Below are positions 14,343 to 26,526 of a DNA stretch of 64,000 bases, in pieces. A program made the translations under genes and the position numbers. Position 1 is the first letter of the stretch. Each line of letters starts with the position of its first letter. The notes below the pieces were generated by a model, which saw only the letters and a list, made by a program, of their open reading frames with translations, was not told the DNA's origin and ran no database searches. The DNA is taken from NCBI RefSeq assembly GCF_006345805.1, contig NW_021833447.1, positions 9,591 through 73,590 on the forward strand, given 5' to 3'. The stretch is from Octopus sinensis (lineage: Eukaryota).

Positions 14343-15785
14343 CGCCAATTGCTTAGGAGGGAAATTTAGGATTTCTCCGTTTTCTGTGAATCGATTTTTA
14401 TAAAACTTTTCCCACCTGGTTTGCACAATATGGCAACACCATTGTTATGTTTTCAATATTCTGTGTAACGACCATTCTTTTTTATTTCAGTTTCTTCAGT
14501 TTCTGGGTGAACCACGCTAACAGCTTTTGAATGAAAATGGTTCACCAAGAAATTTTTACTAAACATGAAGGATAATAATATATATTAATCATACATTGAA
14601 TATATATTTAGCAAAAAATTCATATCATAACATTTATTGACATAATGAATTATTTATAAAAGCCTTATGAGCGCCATTTCGACGGATAACTCCAAAAACC
14701 CTTAGTCATGGAATCTGTCAATTTCTTAATAATAACAGGTTGATGTGCCTCTGTTGCAGCTTGGATGGTCGCCCTTATGACATCTTTCGGCATAAACATC
14801 CTGTTTAATGATGGACCAAAGATTTTCAATAAGGTCGAGATCTGGAGATGCTAGCGGCCACACCATCAACCTTTCACCTTGTAAGCCGTAAGACCCTCGG
14901 AATGTTTGCGCGGTCCTGGCAGAGTATGAAGGAGTGATGCCATGCATGAATACGAGATTCCTAAGAAGTTGTAGCAGTATGTCATCTAGCCAGGGATCTA
15001 AGACCTCTTTCGGGAGATTGCAGTAGGCGACTTGCGGCCCTTTAACCCCTTCAGGCATCCCGACTGGGCCAACAAGTCTGTCTCCAATGGCACCAGCCGA
15101 CAACATGACTCCTCCAACCTGTTGTTGACGTCGTAAACGTTGGTGACGCTCATCTCCAAAATAGACCCAACAATAAGGTTCGTCAAGGATCACCCTGGTT
15201 TCGTCAGTGAACAGAACACAACTCATGTCTGACGTAATGTACTTTGGGGCCCATTGAAGCCTCAAACTCTTGTGAGGAGGCAGTTTTGGGGCTTCTCATA
15301 CGGAAGCCATGGTTCCGAGGATGCAATTCCCGGAGGCAGTGAAAATGGCTTTGCTTGTTTGTCCAAGTTTCACACGTAATTTGCGGCCAATATTCCTTAA
15401 ATCCTTATTTGTCAGTCTTGGCGGTCCCACTATCGAATCGTTTCTTCCTTGGCGCTCATGTGGCCAAATAATTTAGTATGTCAATAAAGTTATGTTATCA
15501 TGGTTTTTTGATACATGTATACTCAATGTATGCTTAATATCATTATTACCCTTCATTTTCTGAAAGAAAAAAAAATTTCTAGGTGGGCTAATTTCATTCA
15601 AAAGCTATTGACATGGCTCACTCCCAAACTGAAGAATCTGAAATAAAAAAGTAAGGACGTTATACAGAACAATGAAATCATAACAATGGTGTTGCGATAG
15701 TGTGTAAACCAGGTGGGAACAGTTTTATCAAAATCGATTCACAGAAAACCAAGAAATCCTACATTTTACTCCTAAGCTATTAACG
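14343..15785 (-). mobile_element. Tc1/mariner DNA transposon, DD37E (TRT-like), degenerate full-length copy with ~210-bp terminal inverted repeats
   Basis: Left arm (~14343-14555, gcttaggagggaaatttaggatttc...gaatcgatttt...cccacctggttt...caacaccattgttatg...ttttgaatgaaa) is the imperfect reverse complement of the right arm (~15572-15785). TA follows the right end. The arms enclose a transposase remnant. Confidence 0.92.
14726..15556 (-). pseudogene. Tc1-family transposase pseudogene (DD37E spacing; second catalytic Asp mutated to Gly; stops/frameshifts upstream)
   Basis: ORF 14726-15265 contains VLFTDETRV, RLRRQQQVGGVM, LVFMHGITPSYSA (cf. FMHDNAPSH) and WPLASPDLDLIENLWSIIK. There are 37 residues between the second-D position and E. 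A probable disrupted N-terminus starts at ATG 15556. Confidence 0.9.
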
Positions 15786-18399
15786 TATGTGTGTGTGTGT
15801 GTGTGTTTGTGTGTGTATGTGTATGTGTGTGCATGCGTGTGTGTGTGTGTGTATGTGTGTGTGTGTGAAGGACTAATTTCTCATTTAGATTTGAAAATAT
15901 CCAGCTTTGTCCAGGTCGCAGTAAATCTGGAACATGTATTGCGTACACTCAAGACACCAAAATATATGATTAAAATTGCCCTCAAGACATTTTCCTCGTA
16001 CTCCCATTATGTTAAGAGTAACGTCACGTACTGAGTCAACATACTCCTTGGTATGGAGCGAGTAACCACGCACTTTAACACTATTTCACTGTAATCTGTT
16101 GCATGGAGAGAGTAACAAAACACTACATATTACATTAAGACTTACAACTGTTTAAAACTGGTAAAACGATTGTCTACAGAAAGAACAATTCTAAGAATGT
16201 TCTTCCAGGTTATCTCTTTATATATACTGCACTGAATCTTCTTTGATGATGTCTGAGGCTCTCAATGTCAAAACGGTGCGTATTAAGAATATATTACTGA
16301 TGGTAATTGAAAAATCACCGTACACTAAATATATTTGTAGTAAAGAGTTTAAAAGCAATGAATGTAGTACTGATGGTAAGTCAACATATCAGCTTCTGTC
16401 GAGTACACCAACACGATCCTGTTTTGATCTTAGGTTGAAGCTCTTTGCTTCTATTTACAACATATGAAGTAATGAGTGTCACATTACCTGGTCATAACTT
16501 CTCTGAATATATTTTGTTCTTAGTAGTTTTTGTTGCTTAATTCTATACCCCACATTAACTCCACCCGAACAAACCTATGATTAAATGCATCCCAACCATA
16601 ACCAATGTGTCACCTTTTTATTTTTAAATGGAGTGATTACTTCAAATATACCTGGAGAAATTTCTTCAAGGGGTACTGGTTAAAGCACCTGTAGTTGGAT
16701 ACAACTCGGTCAACAACTACCTAGTTGAATGGGTTATGATATCACACGACTTGAATTAAAAATGATTTAACGCATCCTTATTAAATTAGACATGGCTTGA
16801 TTCAATCTTTGGCCGAGAGATATCTAAGTTATCTAAGTAATGCTCTTCATTCTTTAAGGCGATGACGCTGTGTTATGAGAGATTCAATTGCTATGGTCGA
16901 ATGATCGCACAGCTTACCGCTTCTCAAGCATTTTAAAAACTAACACCACTCTGTAATGATCCAGCAAAATTAAATGCACCTCATATATATACATATACAT
17001 GCATACATACATGCATACATACATACATACATACATACATATAATTAAGAGACAACACCCCTATTAAGTAATTCAATTAATATTAAAAGATATCTATAAT
17101 AAATCATATAGAAAAAAAATTAAACATATATATATTATTCTAAAAGTCACTAAATTAAATAAACATTAAATTGACTACGTCGCTGTATTTATTGCATGGA
17201 TGACCACCACCCCCGCCACTAATTTTGTCAATACATTTTAAACAATACTTTGTTATTTATAACTTACATGCATAGGTGGTATGAATACTTTTCTTTTTTG
17301 TTTCCTTGCTTATTTATATTTTAAAGTCTGTTATCATTATTTTTGATTTGCCATTGTTTATTGGGAAGTACCAGTATAGAGGTTCCCCTCGCTGGTTAGA
17401 ATTCGTAAGAAGGAAAGTTGAGTGAATTCAGATTTGTGCAACAATACATCTCTGTAGGAAACACCATTTCAAACAGCCACAAATGAAATGATTGTCACCT
17501 GGAGTAGTCCTGATTTTATAAAATTTAGCATAAAAAAGGAAAGGGAACATTTTATCAGTTACATCTGTTCTAGGGATTGGCTGGTAATTATCTTATCGAT
17601 CTTGGAGGAATGAGAAACTGAATTGAACTTCGGCGGGATTTGAACTCAGAATCTTGAAGAAAAAGCTAATTAATGCACAACATACAAGCAAACTAAAAGA
17701 CAAAATAAATAATCCGAAATCCAAGCAGTGAAAACAATAAGTGGGCTAAAACACAGGTCCCCGTTGTAGCGAAGCAAACCTCTCAAACACTCGACCATAT
17801 TACGTCTACATAAGATACATAAATAAATAAATAAATGGCTGTATTGATAATTGCGGTCGAAGACACCAAAACGTCCTTGAAGTTTATACGTTCGAGTAAC
17901 GTAAATAAGTGTAAGCACAAAAATAATGAGAAATCGAGAGAAAACGAGAAAAGCGCCATTTTATTTTGGAATGGAATTAGGCAATAGAGAAAGGAGAGAG
18001 AGATTGACTTCCGTTGAATCTCCGAGACAATACGTGGGTTAACTATAGACATTGTCTGCAACAGCAAAGTGGACCCTGCTAAAATCCCTATCTCTCGAAA
18101 GTAGATGGCGTTGGTAAACATATGGTCAGATAACGCCGACCATTCAACGAAAACGTCTGTTTAGTTACCATCTATTTAATAATATCACATCACAAAGCTT
18201 CAATCGACATATGTGTGTGATTGGAGATACTTCAATGCATTGAAATTAAATCCGGAAACACTCAATCGCCACAAAAAAAAAAAAAAGGAAAACCTTTACC
18301 CAACCAAAAGCTGCATCGTCAACTATGGTGGGATACAGTTATCGGTTCTCTTTACTGACAGAGAAAAATCTTCATACGATGGCCAAATGCTAGACTGAA

Positions 18400-18597
18400 A
18401 TCGCAATTGGTAAAATATTTGGCAGTACAGTATGTCGTTTTCAAATTTCTGGCAGAGAGAATTGCGACATGGTGCTGTTTTTTTCTCACAGACGGTGCCC
18501 AACTGACCATACTATACTGTGTAGTCGACAAAATCAAAAACAAACAATGCGTAAAATTAAAGGTATAAAACGGTGACAATTTACCCACCGCACCCTG
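18400..18597. mobile_element. One-ended Tc1/mariner-type fragment
   Basis: Ends in ...ttacccaccgcaccctg|ta (reverse complement TA|CAGGGTG, a typical Tc1/mariner terminus). Partner TIR not found; left boundary uncertain. Confidence 0.5.
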
Positions 18598-19633
18598 TAC
18601 AAACACATACACACACACACACTTATATTATCTATCTATCTATCTGTATATATATATATGTATACACACATATGTATTACATTTATATTTGTAAGTAAAT
18701 AGAAATGTACGTGCTCAGGAATTTATCTTCATATTTCCATTATCACTATAGTTTGTGTGTTGTAGAAATTATTGCTATTATTACTGTTTTGTTTTATGTC
18801 GCTAGTTAGCGACAGATGGCCGTTAACGCGCCTTTATTATTATTATTATTATTATAGCATTTAGGTTGTTAACACTTTTACAACAACAATCGCCAAAGAT
18901 CTATCCACGACGTAACAAGGCACCAGTTCATTCTACGAAGCAATATCAAAGGAAAACAAATCCGCAGCAACAAAGTCGCACAACTTGGCGACTTGGTGCT
19001 GAGGCGAGGCACGTTTATACAGTACAAAATATAGGGCCTCCATTTACATATATATATGTATGTATGTATATATATATATATATGAATATGTGTGTGTGTG
19101 TATGTGTCTTTCTAATTAGGAGCAGCGGATCTTGAAGCAAATAAGATTATGATTAATAGCGTGTAAAATACTGGATAGAAAAAGTAGAAAGCTGCCCTTT
19201 TGCTAGCCAAAAGCTTTCTCTGTATTTTCATGCTATTATTTATAGCTTTATTTACTTCGAGATCTATCGTTCCTAAAAACAAAGTATCATTTCACGTTCC
19301 CGAAGTTTCTAAATTCGTATGATATAAAGAAATTTATACATATATGTGAGTATACACATACACACACACATAAATACACACATATGTATTGATACTTGTA
19401 TGCATTAACGCGGACACATTAACTTTCTAAAGTATATAAGTACACACACATCAATACTTATGCACAAATGTGCAGGACTATGTATAAATTCATACCCATT
19501 TGCAGAAACAGAGACACATGTATGTATATTTGCATGTACATAAACATGTATATTTACTCATTTTTAAATTTATATAAGCGATATATGTACCTCTCCCTAT
19601 GTATGTATGTGTGTATGTATTATATGCACGCAT

Positions 19634-19675
<42 letters not shown>

Positions 19676-20929
19676 ACATGTGTGTACATCGTATAGACAT
19701 GCAGTCAGTCACGGCAATATGCAACTTCTTAAACGTTGGGATTTTTTGGTGTTGAAAAAAAAATCAATAATTGCAGATAATATTCCCGCCAGCAATGAGA
19801 GACTGCAACATTGCATACTAGAACCGCCGCATATGTCAACATGGTAACATGCCATCTGATGCAAATATTTACAATGGTTCGCCTATTTTTAGATCCATCT
19901 TGTGGATTCCTCGGTTTACAGAAATTGTGTTCTTTAAACCATTCCACTTTTGTTTTGGTTAAACAACGGCCAGGACGCATTATTATTTGAGCTGGGACTG
20001 AAAATTAAAGACTGTACTACTGTACAGTTTTATGTATCAGCAAACCATGCAGGAGATTTGCCATGATGTTGGGTGGTATAGATCTATCTTTGATATGCCA
20101 TTACACCTCGCTGGTGTTAGTTGTATAAAATTGTTATGTCGTTCCTGCAGGTGCTTGACTATAGAAGTGTATAGTTCATGCCATTAAAATATACTTTGTA
20201 TTGTATAGTGTTTGGAATGACGTTTGATGTCATTAAAGTCGACATTTATTAGATCATGTGTTTACAGATTTGATATCTCTTCCATGTAATACACCTGGTG
20301 GATCATATAACTGTACAGGTGATCCATCATTAAACTAATGTTTTGAAAATTGCCGCACGAAAAATATGATTTTAGATTGTTTCACTAGTGTATAGGAATG
20401 CTTTATCAATAAGTTTTATAGATTGGTACTTATCAAAATACTAGTCTATTCTTGTCAAAAGTAACGATAATTTGACTAATTATTGAGAATGCTTTTAACA
20501 GAAGCAAAACCAATTCTTTCTTGCCGCAATATTCACAGCACACACACACACACAATACATTGAGCAATTTATTTTTAAAAGAAGCACAAACTTACGTCTG
20601 AGCGTTTGTTTACGCACGTACACGTGTATGCGTGTGTGTGTGTGTTTGTGTGTGTGCGTGCGTGCGCGTGTGTGTATGTGTGTGCATGTGTGTGTGTGTG
20701 TGTGTGTGTAAGGGAAATAACTCGCACTAATAGTGTTTCACTCATAAACACTCCAGCCAGTCTTTAATTTAAAGCTCTCACTGTCTGCCACCACTTCTTT
20801 GCCAACTGCACCCGTCAAAGATGACAGATATCACTCATCCTTCCACTTTCATTTTATTGCCTCCACTAAAGCTCACTCGATTAGTTTAGCACGATAGCAG
20901 ATAAATACACACAGCTAATTATCAAGAAG

Positions 20930-21250
20930 ATTCATTTCTATGCACAAGAGCTCCTTCCACTCAAGGCGTCTTCGATTGCATTCTATGGCATTTTGAGCAA
21001 GTGCTTTCTACAAATGTCTCGTGTCAATGGAAACATTGTAAGTGAACTTGAGAAGATGGAAACTGTAGAGAATCCCGTTGGAAAGTGTGTTGGTGTAATT
21101 CAAATGTACAACTTTGTCCCACACTGCATCACACTGATTCCGCTTAGAATAGCATGAAGATTATACATGTCTCTGGATCATTTAGCTACTTACACGGTAA
21201 TTTAATGAGCAGATATTTTAGTTGACCGGACAACTGAATGTTCATCATCT
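20930..21250 (+). mobile_element. Old SINE with family-B-like head and a distinct tail
   Basis: ggcattttgagcaagtgctttcta...gatggaaactgtagagaatcccg, then tacatgtctctggatcatttagctacttacacggtaattt...gttgaccggacaactgaa. A related tail lies on the minus strand at ~24700-24850. Confidence 0.55.
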
Positions 21251-21307
21251 GATCCGGCGTAATTTTATTGTTGACTTTGATTAATAATATCTGAATGCAC
21301 CATTCAT

Positions 21308-21367
<60 letters not shown>

Positions 21368-21563
21368 TAACACAGTTTATTTAAAAGCAACAGAAATATA
21401 AAAAAAAAGGTAGGATAATAGATATACCAGTGATGGAACAGTCCTGAACCGTAGAAACTGCCATTAACTTGATTGCATTGGCGTATAGATTTATTCGATA
21501 GATCAATAGTTTAAGCAATATGACTGATATATCTGATATTGGTAGAATGGTGCTAAACAGTAG

Positions 21564-21636
21564 AAGCTGCCATTGAAAGTGACAATATTGTGATATACCA
21601 AGCTGCCATTGAATGTGAGGATATTGTGATATACCA
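21564..21636. repeat. 36-bp tandem duplication
   Basis: aagctgccattgaa(a/t)gtga(ca/gg)atattgtgatatacc occurs twice; a looser related unit lies at 21421-21465. Confidence 0.8.
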
Positions 21637-22119
21637 ATGATAAATGTCGGTAGAAGGGTTAAGGTTTACCGGTGGTTGAAGTGTACAAGAACACTAAAAA
21701 CTGTCACTGAAACCGGTTGTACAATGTGAAAGTACACTTGGTATTCTAACATTTAAACAGTTCTACTTGTTTGGCGCGCTTTCCTGAAGTGAGCAAGATT
21801 CATGCAAAACGTGGGGAATCCAACATAGCCAAAGCTAAAATGGTTCGAATCAACTACGGAACTAAAAAGAAAGGAAAAAAAAAAAGGAAAGGAAAGGAAA
21901 GGAATAAGGTAAAAAGAAAGCAGTAACAATAACAAAATAAATAGAAGTTAGAATCAAAAAGAAAGGGAAATAAAGAACAAGAAAAATATCTCGATACGAT
22001 GAAATTTTTGATTTTGACATGATTTTGCCGAAGAAAAAAGCTGATTTTTCTGCAGACAGATTGAAAGGAAATGGTTGTAAATGAAAGGCGTAAACGAGCG
22101 AAGAATAAATAGCGAACAC

Positions 22120-22156
22120 TCACTGAATAAATAAAGTAACATTCTGTACTTTATAC
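22120..22156 (-). promoter_or_regulatory. Candidate Pol II core promoter: TATA box + Inr
   Basis: Minus-strand TATAAAG (22155-22149) and TCAGT (A at 22124). The first T of TATA is at -31. It lies in unique, CpG-retaining sequence. Confidence 0.55.
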
Positions 22157-22333
22157 GAGGACGTCTGCTATTGAATTAGTCTTTTAACATCCGGTTGTTT
22201 ATCATTTTGCTTTATGTGATATCTTCACCACAACAGCAACGGAAGAGGAAACAATATGGACGATATCCTTCGTTCTGATATTGTTTGCTTTTATAGCCTC
22301 TTTATCAGTTTCTTCCCTTCTCTCTTTCTGTCC

Positions 22334-22371
<38 letters not shown>

Positions 22372-22842
22372 TACACACACACACACAAACTTTTCAGCAT
22401 CTTAATATTTCTCACAAACATAGACAGTCATTCACACACACACACATGTATACTCACACAACCTCACTCTTTAAGATGTTTTGGTACATGTGCGTGCACA
22501 AACACGCATACATTCCCACTCACAAACACAGTCAAGCATTAACCAACAGACACACACACTCACACACACACACATACATCCTCTCTATGTATCTTTATCT
22601 TTCTCAGATTCGCACACACGCCTTTCATTTTACTCAATGTCGCGCAAACATAACCATCATCTCTCTTTCATTTTGACTCATCCACACTATAGCAAGTGCA
22701 AACACACACTTTACTACTGCGACATACACACTTTAAACTCTCCTTTCCAGATCTTCATATCTTCCCATTCTTTCTCCTTTTGTAACATCTTCCGCACTCC
22801 ATCTCTACTTCCTCTTTCTCACTCTCCTAAGACTCTCCCTCT

Positions 22843-22881
<39 letters not shown>

Positions 22882-23354
22882 TGTTTATATATATTCCATG
22901 TTTTTGTTCAGTTCTCTCATATAACTTCCATTGAAAGCCACCACCAGTATAACATCGCCCCCCCCATTACCTCCAGTCCATTCAACCCTCTTATCAATAG
23001 AACAAAATATAGCCATTGTTTCTTTATGTGGCACGTAGGAATTATCCTTTAGTAAAGAATAAAAAACAACAATAGTTATAAACAAACAAACTCTCAAAAA
23101 GACAAAATATTGTTAAACAACGTTTGTTCTACAAATGTCCTTTGATTCGAAGAGCAACAAGAGATTTCCTTATATGGATCACTGGAAATTTTGCACTTTA
23201 TAGCGAGATGATCATTACAACTTAAATATCTCCCGGCTTTTCCGTAACTGATCCGTTATATGTCGAAAACTGGAAACGTTTATTTAAACAGTTTCGTGAC
23301 ATTTTTCAAAAACAGAGGGAAATGTAAACATAAAAAAAAAAACGAGGTAAAATG

Positions 23355-23520
23355 ATTGACTTCCGGTGGGCTGATTCTTCGATTGAGTGCTGTAACTACG
23401 TCACTTCCTCTACGTCACTAATGTCATTGCAAATAGTCAGTCGGAACTTCAGTGAACGCATATCATGATCTGATCTTATCAATGCATCCTCCTCCACGTA
23501 AGAAAGGAAAAGGTGAGTTA
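23355..23520 (+). promoter_or_regulatory. Candidate promoter and short non-coding first exon
   Basis: ETS site ACTTCCGG (23359-23366), overlapping CRE/ETS TACGTCACTTCC (23397-23408), second TACGTCA (23411-23417), Inr TCAGTC (23437-23442), consensus donor AAG|GTGAGT (intron from 23513), then a G-rich tract. Confidence 0.55.
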
Positions 23521-23865
23521 GGAGAAGGAGGCGGGGGAGACCGACGAGGAGGAGGGGGAGGAGGGTTTGTGTTCACCTGGACAAAGAAGTAGCAAACGAC
23601 ACTATTGGATTTCGATGAAGCATCTTGAGCGTATGATTGCCAGCTACGCCCAGAAAATTACAGCCTTTTATATTCGCATTAAAACATAAGGAAATGGATC
23701 TCCATCGCTTACTGCGAGGATATTCCTATTGATCGAACAACTGCATTACTTGCCCATAAATGGTCTGAAATTATTATTTTTTCGGTAACTCGTGATTCAG
23801 AAGCAGAACCACCGAAACAGAAATTACTCTTGGGACAAAGGTGAAATACGAGTAGAAACCATTTG

Positions 23866-24075
23866 AAGGCGGCGAGCTGGCAGAAACGTTAGCACGCCGG
23901 GCAAAATGCTTAGCGGTATTTCGTCTACCGCTACGTTGTGAGTTCAAATTCCACCGAGGTCGACTTTGCCTTTCATCCTTTCGGAGTCGATTAAATAAGT
24001 ACCAGTTACGCACTGGGGTCGATATAATCGACTTAATCCGTTTGTCTGTAGCCCCTTGAGGGCAGTAAAGAAAGA
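23866..24075 (+). mobile_element. SINE family A, well-preserved copy with alternative tail
   Basis: aaggcggcgagctggcagaaacgttagcacgccgggc...gagttcaaattcc...gactttgcctttcatcctttcggagtcg...aagtaccag...atcgacttaatccgtttgtctg. Confidence 0.92.
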
Positions 24076-24239
24076 AAGTATTTGATGACCTTCTGCACAA
24101 TTTTTGCCAGCTAAGTTTCACTGATATGGCCTAGGTCAACTGCACTTGTTGATGACACCATAGAGTAAAATCGAACCGAGAATGTCGTGATTACGAAGGG
24201 AACCTATCAAACATTCCACTATGTCATGCTACATCTAAT

Positions 24240-24460
24240 AGTGGTTTGGGAATTTTGGTACAAGGCCAGCACTTGTCCAACGTGCTAACCGTTCTGCTAG
24301 TTCACTGTTTTAATAATAATAATAATAATCGTTTTTACTATAGGTCTTACCTGAAATTTGGGGGAAGGGGATAGCTGATTACATTGGCCCCAGTGCGTAA
24401 CTGGTACTTAATTTATCGACTCCGAAAGGATGAAAGGCAAAGTCGACCTCGGTAGAATTT
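24240..24460 (-). mobile_element. SINE family A fragments (reverse strand)
   Basis: ccccagtgcgtaactggtacttaatttatcgactccgaaaggatgaaaggcaaagtcgacctcgg is the reverse complement of the family-A core; a deleted copy lies at 24240-24310. Confidence 0.88.
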
Positions 24461-24872
24461 AGAAAAATGAATAATACATAGAATCCCCAATCGCTGGTCA
24501 GTCTACCTTGGGTATTTCGAGAAAAACACCACACAAAATGTCCCGGATTACTCTGGCATCTCCAAGGCACAGGATGTGCCATCTTGCAGTTTCGTTCCTC
24601 CTACTTAGAAAAGCATACTCAGAGTTGCTCCATTCCGCTTCACTAGTGTTTCCGTTTTCATCTGCCTTTCAATAAACACACCGTGGTTCTTGATCTGAAG
24701 TTCTGATCAACTGAACTACCAAGCTCATCGAGACAGTGAATAAGTGGCTGAGTATTCCCCAGACATGTGTACTCTTAATCTAATTCATGGACAGAATGAG
24801 CGAGACCTTGTATTGCAAAGTTGGACTTTTAAATTGTAGGTAAAGCTTCCTATAATGCATGCATACTTACTT

Positions 24873-24914
<42 letters not shown>

Positions 24915-25075
24915 ACATGCACACACACATACATAGATAACGACGCTTTGTGAAGTAATTTTATACGTCTTTATATTCATACGTGTGACAAAACCCATAG
25001 AAGTATGTTTATATCTTAACTCCTATACAATTGACAAGACGAAGTAAACAGAACTTAGGTCGAAATACACACACA

Positions 25076-25111
<36 letters not shown>

Positions 25112-25195
25112 AGTCACTAGATCGAACCGTGTAAAATACTTCATATACATTCCAAAAGCAGATTTAAAAGAACGACACAAAACAAAATAAAAGAG

Positions 25196-25238
<43 letters not shown>

Positions 25239-25478
25239 TAGCAACAACAACAAAAATAATAATAATAACAGTTGATAATACTGTAACAATAAAAAATAAG
25301 AAGTAAAAAAAAGACGAAATAAAAGCAGCTGGTGCACCTGCTAATAACAGCTTTCTGCATATAAATTAGTGCAACTGACAAATTGTATTGAAATTGTGCA
25401 TTTGCTTGTTGTTTAAAATATATTTCTATCTTCATAGTTTAATGTTTTAAGTAATTGTTGTTATTTATTTATTTCTGC

Positions 25479-25509
<31 letters not shown>

Positions 25510-26149
25510 CTTATTCATTTCTGCTAAGTTGTTATTGTTATTATTATTATTATTATTATTGTTATTATTATTATCATCATTACTGGAGTTGTTGGTGTTA
25601 GTGGTGGAGTTGATGCTACTACTGTCTAAAGAAATTTAAACTGAATTCTGTTATATATGTGGTGGATAATATATATATACATGACATTGGTTTTTAACTC
25701 GTGAAGACAATTTGTTCTATATTAACACACAGTGTGAGAGACAGGGTTAGTTACAGGGAAAGATTCATAGTGTGTATGTATATATATATACATATGCATA
25801 CACACATATACATACACATCGTTGTATATATACACAGCAACGCCCTAGGATTTAGACTTTAAAATTGTTAAGAGATATACCTCTCTTAACACGAAACTAA
25901 TGGTAGCCTAGTTAACCCACAAATAGTGTGTGTGTGTGTGTGTGTGTACACAAATGTACATGTGTGTGAAAGTGTGTAAGTGTACTTGCTGTTGTCTAAT
26001 CAACAAAGTTAGTGGGACGGATGAGGTCCAGGTGAAACATTAAATTTCTATTCCAGGCAAACTTGTTACAACCTTTCCTAACACGAATGTAGATATTGCG
26101 CCAAAACCTTTCATATTAGAAATGCCAACGTCAACATCATCTTTATAAA

Positions 26150-26526
26150 CTCTGAGGACAAAATGCTTTATTCTCAATCCTGTCTTCCAGGAAAGATCTT
26201 AAGAAAACCTCGTGGACTGGTGAATGGTAATTTGAAGAAACATTTCTGCACACTCGTGTATTGAAGGAGTTTGAGCGTAGGACATATCGTTGCATGATAT
26301 TAACAAAAGTAGCGCATTACAAGTGAGCTGTTTCCGACAGCTCAGGATCACAAACACCGAGAGCTGATTCTTGCAAGATTCAGAATCCTGATACTCGTAG
26401 AAACTCCTGCCATTCTCTAGCAGACTAACAGGAACATTCATAGGCACTCATCACCTCAGAAGCTAGATCGGATGTCAAATGTCACTCTTTAAGTCTCATA
26501 CTCCATGAAACTCTTACTAAAATCAC
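26150..26526 (-). other. Candidate spliced terminal exon (UTR or lncRNA-like)
   Basis: Strong minus-strand acceptor ttctttgttttgttttctttccttgttttatcag|G (AG at 26528-26527) and AATAAA at 26172-26167. Unique sequence; all frames from the acceptor close within 15 codons. Confidence 0.45.

Noticed and set aside
21545-21615. miR-29-like (reverse complement TAGCACCATT) and miR-22-like (AAGCTGCCA) seed matches
   Set aside because: Similarity stops after 9-10 nt, no pre-miRNA hairpin is evident, and the matches lie in a local tandem repeat.
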